A stretch of DNA of 64,000 bases from Aromatoleum sp. (GTDB lineage: Bacteria > Pseudomonadota > Gammaproteobacteria > Burkholderiales > Rhodocyclaceae): positions 20,093-84,092 of the forward strand of contig NZ_JAVSMM010000015.1 in the NCBI RefSeq assembly GCF_032027225.1. The letters run 5' to 3'. The stretch's first letter is position 1. Every line of letters begins with the position of its first letter. The notes under the pieces were generated by a model. The model searched no databases. It was not told where the DNA came from and worked only from the letters and a program-made list of their open reading frames with translations. The translations under genes and the position numbers were made by a program. Below, piece by piece: positions 57,926 to 64,000 of the stretch.

Positions 57926-58825
57926 ATGCACACGACACACAATCCCCCGGAATCCTCGCATCGGTGGAATCGACGACGCAGCGCCCGGCGCGGGCGTGGG
58001 GTCCATCAGGCCACCGACGCTACGATTCGCTCGCACCTTTACATCGGGCGAGACCTCAGACGCGCCCTCGAGCATCAGGAGTTCGTCCTTCACTACCAAC
58101 CCGAGATCGACACAGGCACCGGTCACACGGTGGCGGCCGAGGCACTGATCCGCTGGCGGCACCCGCAGCGTGGCATGATCGGCCCCGACACCTTCATACC
58201 CGCAGCGGAACACGTGGGACTGATCGGCCGCATTGGGCAATGGGCGCTCGAGACTGCTTGTGCGCAGCTTCACGCGTGGCGCGCCGCCGGCCATGATCTG
58301 CGGGTCGCGGTCAACTTCTCGGTCGAGCAACTACGCCGACACGACATCGCCGACACCGTTGCCCACACGCTCAAACGATTCGACCTCCGGCCGGATGACC
58401 TGGTCGTCGAGATCACCGAAAGCATCTGCATGCACGCCCATGACCGGGCGCGGGAGAGTCTCGCCCGCCTCGCTCGGCTCGGTGTACGGCTGGCAATTGA
58501 CGACTTCGGCACCGGCTACTCGTCGCTCAGCTACCTCAAACGCATGCCGATCCGCATCCTGAAGATCGACCGAAGCTTCGTCGTCGACCTCGCCGACGCC
58601 GCCAATGCGACCATCGTGCGAAACATCATTTCGCTCGCGCATGAGCTGGATCTGACCGTCATTGTGGAAGGCGTCGAGACGGAAGCTCAACACGAACTCC
58701 TGCGCGTCATGGGGTGCGACGTGGTTCAGGGCTACCTGGTTGGTAAAGGTCTGCCACCGGCCCTGTTTCACGACGCGTTTCTCGCGCCCCGACAGCACGC
58801 GATCGTTGGGCAGGAGCGGGTCTGA
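57926..58825 (+). CDS. stand-alone EAL-domain protein (putative c-di-GMP phosphodiesterase)
   Basis: YQPEID...AAEALIRWRHP, VNFS, VVEITES, IDDFGTGYSSLSYLKRMPIRILKIDRSF, IVEGVETE and VQGY are all present. Confidence 0.85.
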   Translation: MHTTHNPPESSHRWNRRRSARRGRGVHQATDATIRSHLYIGRDLRRALEHQEFVLHYQPEIDTGTGHTVAAEALIRWRHPQRGMIGPDTFIPAAEHVGLIGRIGQWALETACAQLHAWRAAGHDLRVAVNFSVEQLRRHDIADTVAHTLKRFDLRPDDLVVEITESICMHAHDRARESLARLARLGVRLAIDDFGTGYSSLSYLKRMPIRILKIDRSFVVDLADAANATIVRNIISLAHELDLTVIVEGVETEAQHELLRVMGCDVVQGYLVGKGLPPALFHDAFLAPRQHAIVGQERV

Positions 58826-59016
58826 ATGGACATGTCGACCGACAAGCTGGCGCTGCGCGCCGTCATTCCCACGCGGCCTCGCAATGCCGGAGGAGATGAC
58901 ATGCGCGGTCATCGACGCAGCCATCTGCTCCAAGTCGGTCTCGAACTAGCCGGGCATGCCCTTTGGTCGCTATACAATGCGATCGACTGCCAATAAACGG
59001 AAATCAGCCGACAAGC

Positions 59017-59460
59017 ATGACCGACCTCTCCGTCTACACCCTCCCCCAGCTCAAACAACTCACCGCCCTGATCGAGAAGGAGATCGCCAAGCGCGAGTCC
59101 GTGACCAAATCCGATCTTCTGAAAAAGCTGACGAAGCTCGCGAAGGAAAGCGGCCTGTCCCTTGACGACGTGCTCGGAAACGCCACTCCGGCTCCGGCGA
59201 AAGCTCGGAAGGTTTCCCCCAAGGGGACAGTTACGCGCAAAGAGCCTTTGCCAATCAAATATCAGCACCCAAGCAACCGCGATCTCGCTTGGTCCGGACG
59301 CGGACGCCGGCCGCAGTGGGTCGAAGCTTGGTTGGCGCAGGGGGGTGCATTGAGCGCGCTGGAGATCGCAGCGCAAAAGATGGCAAAGCGGAGCATGAAG
59401 AAGGCGACGGAAGCGCAGCCGGTAGTGCAGGAACCGGCGGCAGAGGTAGCGGCTAGCTGA
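59017..59460 (+). CDS. H-NS family nucleoid-associated protein (xenogeneic-silencer type)
   Basis: N-terminal coiled coil (LSVYTLPQLKQLTALIEKEIAKRE) and a C-terminal DNA-binding motif KYQHPSNRDLAWSGRGRRPQWV. Confidence 0.8.
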   Translation: MTDLSVYTLPQLKQLTALIEKEIAKRESVTKSDLLKKLTKLAKESGLSLDDVLGNATPAPAKARKVSPKGTVTRKEPLPIKYQHPSNRDLAWSGRGRRPQWVEAWLAQGGALSALEIAAQKMAKRSMKKATEAQPVVQEPAAEVAAS

Positions 59461-59879
59461 GCCGCTTGGGGGTGTCGGGGAGCGTCCGCACATTCCGCAC
59501 CCCAATCGGCCCGGCGCACCAGGTCATCACTGACCGCCGCCCGAAGCCGCTTCGTCGTATAACGAGTGGCAGGTTCCCGCGCTGAGCACGCATCCAGAGC
59601 GGAGCCTGAACGAGGCTTGCTCGGCCGGAGTTGTCGGCCAGACTGTGCGATTGAGCGGCGGCGGTAATGCCGATCGCCGCCGCACGACACTCAGCGCCAG
59701 TGAACGGCAAGTCTCCGATTCCTCAAACTTGCGGTATCCGCTGAGTCCGTGTGAATACCGCTCGATCAGGGGTTCATACTGCCAGTCCACAGTCATGTGC
59801 CTTGGTAAAGGTACTAAGGGTTGTCGGACGAAGTGGGCCGCTATAGGGAAGGCAGCTGACAGCTAGGCCGGTCCAGAAT

Positions 59880-61040
59880 CTAAGCTCCGACAGGAGTACT
59901 GTCTTGCGCCTCCTCCCGCTCAGAAATCGCCAAGTTGAGTTTCTGCTCGATTAGCGACCGAAGAGCATGCTGAACCTCGGAAGAGACAATTTTCTTTGCG
60001 TCGGCATTTGGAGAGCTCTTGTGCACCCATCGCATAACCTCAAATACTAACTCTGAACTAGGACTAACCGACCTCGATCCACTAAACGAGAAGGAAACTC
60101 GGCATTCGCCTTCGTTCGGTCCGACTACGAATGGAAACGTCACATCCATTCGGAGAATATAGTAATGCTTATAGTATTTCTCGTCGTTGATTAGAAAGAT
60201 GTCATTCAGCCTATCGCCATCCACATTAAATCGCCGGACAGTTTGTTTCATCCAAGCGATTTGAGGGTCATCGGGCAAGGCGGGGCCGTTGGTGTCCAGG
60301 CAAATGTCTATATCATTTACACTGCCGGCCTGTACGCAAGCCCCATACCCTGCAGTCAGTCGCTTGAAGTACCTAATACGCTCTTCATTGTTCAAGAATC
60401 CAAAGGTCACCGAAATCGGTTCATCACCCTTGACGAGATTCTCACCGTAAAGCACCTTTGCAATACGCGATGTGATCTTTTTATTGACAACTTCAGTTTC
60501 CTTCGATGAATGAGTTGAAGTAAACTCAAGCTTCAACTCACCCCCTTGACGCTCAATCGTCACTTGCGCATCGAAGCTAAGTTCTCGCTGAATCCAGTCC
60601 TTGCTGAAATCTTGGCGTTGAATCTGATATGGAATTGTGACTTTATCTGCATCGACAACAACCAGGGTTGGGCTTGTAACGAAATCCACACCCGAAGCCT
60701 CGCCTAGCATATCAAATGGTTCAGCAAAGAGACTCTTCTTCAGCGGAGTAATCCAATCCACCCCTTTTGCCACCAAATCCAAGCCAGCTACCTTAATCTT
60801 TGGCTGCGATTCGCGACTGACACTGCTTTCAATCAACCTTGTAAAATTATCTGGAGTTAAAAGCGTTGCAGAAAGAAGTGGAACAGTTATTGCCTTATCG
60901 GAGTTTCCAACAAATACCCCCTTTTCTTTGAGTGCCCCATATATTTCTCCGTAGCTAAGGTGATCGCTTCCCAAGAGAATTCGGAGGTCTGAGCCCGACA
61001 CAATGCTGGACTTGAGATCAATGGCGTGAGCTTTAGTCAT
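59880..61040 (-). CDS. unknown 386-aa protein, third gene of the AT-rich operon
   Basis: Long ORF in a region of about 45% GC, where random ORFs are short. The start ATG 61040 lies 2 nt after the upstream stop. No motif recognised and no Walker A. Confidence 0.75.
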   Translation of the reverse strand: MTKAHAIDLKSSIVSGSDLRILLGSDHLSYGEIYGALKEKGVFVGNSDKAITVPLLSATLLTPDNFTRLIESSVSRESQPKIKVAGLDLVAKGVDWITPLKKSLFAEPFDMLGEASGVDFVTSPTLVVVDADKVTIPYQIQRQDFSKDWIQRELSFDAQVTIERQGGELKLEFTSTHSSKETEVVNKKITSRIAKVLYGENLVKGDEPISVTFGFLNNEERIRYFKRLTAGYGACVQAGSVNDIDICLDTNGPALPDDPQIAWMKQTVRRFNVDGDRLNDIFLINDEKYYKHYYILRMDVTFPFVVGPNEGECRVSFSFSGSRSVSPSSELVFEVMRWVHKSSPNADAKKIVSSEVQHALRSLIEQKLNLAISEREEAQDSTPVGA

Positions 61041-61042
61041 GA

Positions 61043-61978
61043 CTAAGCCTCATTCAGAAGGGCCAAGATAGAGCGATTGAAAGAGAAAGGCTCAATCGTT
61101 TCATTACGGTCTGAAAAGGCCAATCTCGCCAGATCTGCAGCCGCCTTATCGGTCGCGGGATTATAATCCGGCATACCGATTCTTATGGTTGCAACCAGAC
61201 CTGTACAAAATCTCAGTCCATAGGCTATCAATTTTGTGTACGCATCCGTACTGAATGCCTGATTTGCATAAATGATCATTTCGGTCTTCTCGCCCTCGTA
61301 CATAACAATGGGCAGAACGTCCGAAGCAATTATCTCAAGAGGCAGAAATGCGCCAGTTCTTGCCTCGTCCACAGTAGTGACCGTGCCAATGACTGGGAAG
61401 AAGAACGCCCAATCTTTCTGGCGGCGCTCGATGTCGTCCATGACCTTCATGACGAAGCCCGCACGCCCGCTGTCGATCAAATAAACGGGGACGTCCGATT
61501 CTTGTTCCAAACGGATTTTCGACAAGATCGGCTTAATGTCTCGCTCGATATCTTCTGCATCGTTGTGCACCCAAATCAGGAGCCCGGAGTGAGAGACCTT
61601 TTTGCGCGCCTTGAACGACTTGGTCGCTTGAGAAACTTCTTCGCTATAACGGGCACACTCGATCACCTCGTGAAGCTCGGCTAGATGCTCTTTGAATTCC
61701 CGCTTTAATGCAGACTCAGATGCAGGATAGGAGCCAATCTTGTTCTTGACCGAGACATGTACCACATCCGTTCTTACGTCATGAAAGGGATTGTTGTACA
61801 GAAATATCTGATCCTCGCCGTGACTAGTCCTTTGATTTCCCTTTTCATTCCTATGAGTCGGTGTGTTGCATTTTATGGGAACGTTCTTTAAGCTTTTTTT
61901 CCACCCGATTCGATCCAAAAGCCCTGCAGCGATACTCTCTCCGATTTCACCGGAGCTTTTTGATTTCTCCCCTGCCAT
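61043..61978 (-). CDS. 311-aa protein with a putative PD-(D/E)xK (Mrr-cat/DUF4365-like) N-terminal nuclease core, second gene of the AT-rich operon
   Basis: GEIGESIAAGLLDRIGW ... SHGEDQIFLY ... TDVVHVSVKNK resembles the helix / D / (E,Q,S)xK layout of restriction-endonuclease-fold proteins. The C-terminal 200 aa are unknown. ATG 61978 lies 2 nt after the upstream stop. Confidence 0.7.
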   Translation of the reverse strand: MAGEKSKSSGEIGESIAAGLLDRIGWKKSLKNVPIKCNTPTHRNEKGNQRTSHGEDQIFLYNNPFHDVRTDVVHVSVKNKIGSYPASESALKREFKEHLAELHEVIECARYSEEVSQATKSFKARKKVSHSGLLIWVHNDAEDIERDIKPILSKIRLEQESDVPVYLIDSGRAGFVMKVMDDIERRQKDWAFFFPVIGTVTTVDEARTGAFLPLEIIASDVLPIVMYEGEKTEMIIYANQAFSTDAYTKLIAYGLRFCTGLVATIRIGMPDYNPATDKAAADLARLAFSDRNETIEPFSFNRSILALLNEA

Positions 61979-61980
61979 TC

Positions 61981-62988
61981 CTATTCTCCAAGCTCGATAT
62001 CAATAATGGCCCGATATCCATTCTTCGTCTTACTTATTGAGCAGTTTTCCAAGCGAGCCTTGGGATTGGCGACAGTTAAGCCAATTCCATCGCCTAGGGG
62101 GTATTGGCGGAGCACGTTTCTGGTTCGACGAGTGAGAAGCGCTGAATCGAGTGTGCTTCCTGATAATGCCGAAAAGCCCGAATGATCCTCAAGTTGCTGC
62201 GTCAATCTACTCACTTCATCGCGATCTAGATATCGCTCAGAAACCTCTTCCACATCTCGATAATTGACCGTTGTACTGGCGGAAAAAATGTCAACTAAAT
62301 CTCGACGCAAGGACATTCCGGCCTCTACATCAATCCTTGAACAGACTTGCTTAACAAATTCTGCGGCCAATTTGGAAGTTGATTTTCTGGTTTGTCTTGG
62401 CCTCGCTTTCAGAAAAAGCTCTGCCCAGTACTTTGTTTGCTGACTGCCTGATTCTTTGACGAAGACGCCAACGTCGTCTCCGACAATCAGAGCACCTTTT
62501 TGAATACTGGTCACTGGAATTCCATTGAGTTCTATGAGATTTATCGAATCGTCTGATTTTTCTATATCAAAGAATTTCTCACGTTGCTCAATCTTATAGA
62601 GCCCCAGTGCCGCATGTGGTATGCCGTCAATTCGCACATCCTGAAAGAGAATTACGATGAACTCACCCTCCGCAATGCTGGGATGCATCGAAGCCGAGTA
62701 AAGGTGTTTCGCAATATTCTGGCTGACGTTCACAAAATTTTCTTCGTTAGCCAGTATTCGCGCGGAGAAATGCTTTGCGGCATTCAGGCTGATATCAGAC
62801 TCGTGATAGAACTCAAAGTCTTCGCCTGATTTTGCAAGTGGTGTGAGATAGTGTCGAAGAAGCGTGCCGCGCAATTCCGCAGTCCCGCGCACTTCCTGCT
62901 GTGAGAATTCACACCCTTCTTCCCGCAGACGATTTCCTACTCGATGGACCACGCAGTGCGTGACCTTTGCTGAACTGACATCTAGCAT
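61981..62988 (-). CDS. NdpA/YejK (NA37)-like nucleoid-associated DNA-binding protein, first gene of the AT-rich operon
   Basis: 335 aa from ATG 62988 (GGGGGA RBS), the same length as E. coli YejK. Colinear resemblance: [11 protein letters not shown] vs [24 protein letters not shown] vs [38 protein letters not shown] vs [34 protein letters not shown] vs GGLTINFDAML. Confidence 0.7.
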   Translation of the reverse strand: [335 protein letters not shown]

Positions 62989-63529
62989 TGATTCCCCCTG
63001 GGCAGACTTGTGGTAGCCACCTAATGCTGTGGTCCTAAATGTAACATCATGTTCAGCCAACTTCACTGTGAAAAGCCTGCACGGGAGTCCCGTTGTGCGC
63101 ATTCACTGTGTGCCATGCAAGTCAGTGCCGGACTGACCGCTGCCGTTGAACGGCCGTTGAGCAATCCGTTGCCGCCTGACTGTCGACAGCAAGCCAACGA
63201 CGGCAATGGCCGAGCTGCCGAACTAGGTCATCCGGCAGGTATGAGCGCCGAACGGCTCTTTCGCTGTTCGTCCTGAAGAGGGGGAGTCCCCTTGTCGCCG
63301 AGAGCATCCCTCTTGTGCCGCGCCGCAATACGGTCGCTCGACGGCTTTCGAACCGAGCAGGAGCGCCATGAGCCGCGCCACCGCGTAAGACGCCCCCATC
63401 TACCACGTCTAAAGGCCCGGTCTGGCGAGCATCTCCGCCCAACGCCGGCAGAGCAGTTCGCACCGGGCGCAAAATGCACCTGCCATTCCATATAGACTGC
63501 CATCTTCAAGACAACGTCGGGAACGCAAC

Positions 63530-64000
63530 GTGGCACAGTACGACGAGAGAGTGATCCAATCCTATGCGGATGCGTTATACGATCGGGCCGCCGTGATCGT
63601 GTTCCAGTACACGGCCGGAGCGGGCGTACTCGGAGCCTTGGGAGCGCATTTCAGCGTCGGCGACCAAACTGCGATCACGGCGAGTTTTGGCATCGGCGCT
63701 CTGATCGGATTCGTACTCGGACGAGGCAAATCATTTCGACTGCGTCTTGAGGCACAGACGGCCCTCTGTCAGATGCAGATCGAGCGCAATACACGGCCCT
63801 CGTCGCGCGCGCCATCATTGGTCTTGGACGAGCCCGCGACGCAGTGCATAGCCGAGGGCAAGGCCACCCCTGCGCCGAGCGAGCAGTCCGAGGCCATGGC
63901 TCGTGCGATCTTCTCGAACAACGGCGAAGCGGTGAGCCGACTCATTGCTGGCGGAGCTGACGTCAATTTGCCGAACGAGAATGGCGTCACACCGCTGCAG
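63530..64000 (+). CDS. partial CDS: membrane protein with a C-terminal ankyrin repeat, running off the window
   Basis: Frame open from 63413 to the window end. Contains a TM-like VIVFQYTAGAGVLGALGAHF...ASFGIGALIGFVLG and the ankyrin signature LIAGGADVNLPNENGVTPLQ. The only plausible start is GTG 63530 (weak RBS). Confidence 0.4.
   Translation, partial: MAQYDERVIQSYADALYDRAAVIVFQYTAGAGVLGALGAHFSVGDQTAITASFGIGALIGFVLGRGKSFRLRLEAQTALCQMQIERNTRPSSRAPSLVLDEPATQCIAEGKATPAPSEQSEAMARAIFSNNGEAVSRLIAGGADVNLPNENGVTPLQ

Larger units (their letters stand above)
21070..64000. mobile_element. Integrative conjugative element, PFGI-1/ICEclc/pKLC102 lineage (MPF-G T4SS). The left edge is somewhere in 21070-22030; the right end is beyond the window.
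   Basis: Contiguous set of ssb, PFL_4669-like, parB, parA, HD-domain MOBH relaxase, PilL-like, TraD, the PFL_4697-4711-type small proteins, TraC ATPase, TraG-N, TraU-like and DsbC-like genes, followed by typical cargo (radC, H-NS, EAL). No integrase or att repeat is visible. Confidence 0.8.

Noticed and set aside
59461-59879. Minus-strand ORF 59527-59796 (MTVDWQYEPLIERYSHGLSGYRKFEE...) downstream of the AT-rich operon as a possible fourth gene
   Set aside because: Only the first 30 or so residues look protein-like. The rest is Arg/Ser/Pro-rich and overlaps other frames. GC is intermediate and there is no coupling to gene 3 (84-nt gap, no RBS seen). It is probably a truncated remnant.

Overview
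High-GC (spot counts about 60-65%) proteobacterial chromosome segment. The gene content resembles aromatic-degrading Betaproteobacteria, but that is a guess I cannot verify here.

Layout:
1. 0.25-8.7 kb, plus strand: a catabolic cluster. It holds two VAO/PCMH-family flavoprotein oxidases (the second paired with a PchC-like cytochrome c), two SDRs, an SCP-x-type thiolase-like protein, a small YdhR-like protein, an MDR oxidoreductase and a Tat-signal protein of unknown function.
2. 8.77-13.04 kb: a stretch of decayed mobile elements. These are a frameshifted IS701-like gene, a frameshifted and truncated IS4-like gene, a frameshifted large serine recombinase cut by an IS3-family element, and that IS3 itself, which is broken by an IS110-family fragment and a premature TGA.
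3. 13.2-15.1 kb, minus strand: bioB-bioC.
4. 15.5-21.0 kb: a beta-oxidation trio (HAD/ECH fusion, thiolase, long acyl-CoA dehydrogenase). The dehydrogenase has an in-frame TAA at codon 31. A clean terminator follows.
5. From about 21.1-22.0 kb to the window end: an integrative conjugative element of the PFGI-1/ICEclc/pKLC102 (MPF-G) type.
   - Minus-strand maintenance and processing module: ssb, DUF3158-like, PFL_4669-like, wHTH, DUF2857-like, parB, parA, MOBH HD-domain relaxase.
   - Divergent plus-strand T4SS operon of about 22 kb: PilL-like, TraD, TraC, TraG-N, TraU-like, DsbC-like and the small PFL_47xx family proteins.
   - Cargo: a DnaJ-type zinc-finger miniprotein, frameshifted radC, a repeat-laden HTH initiator-like gene, an EAL phosphodiesterase and an H-NS-like protein.
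   - No integrase, tRNA or right-hand att site lies inside the window.
6. 59.88-63.0 kb, the most interesting locus: an AT-rich (about 43-47% GC by spot counts), tightly coupled three-gene minus-strand operon in the ICE cargo. It encodes an NdpA/YejK (NA37)-like DNA-binding protein, a protein with a PD-(D/E)xK-like N-terminus, and a 386-aa protein with no recognisable motif. I cannot match this to any described defence or other system.

Other points worth a second look:
- a 36-bp-periodic iteron array in the par region;
- a DnaA-box cluster at the ICE edge;
- a duplicated 5'-UTR element with a compensatory stem change upstream of radC;
- a lambda-O-like cluster of iterons and dyads inside the HTH gene;
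- an 11-nt poly-C tract in a T4SS gene.

All family names come from reading motifs and synteny by eye. No database search was run.
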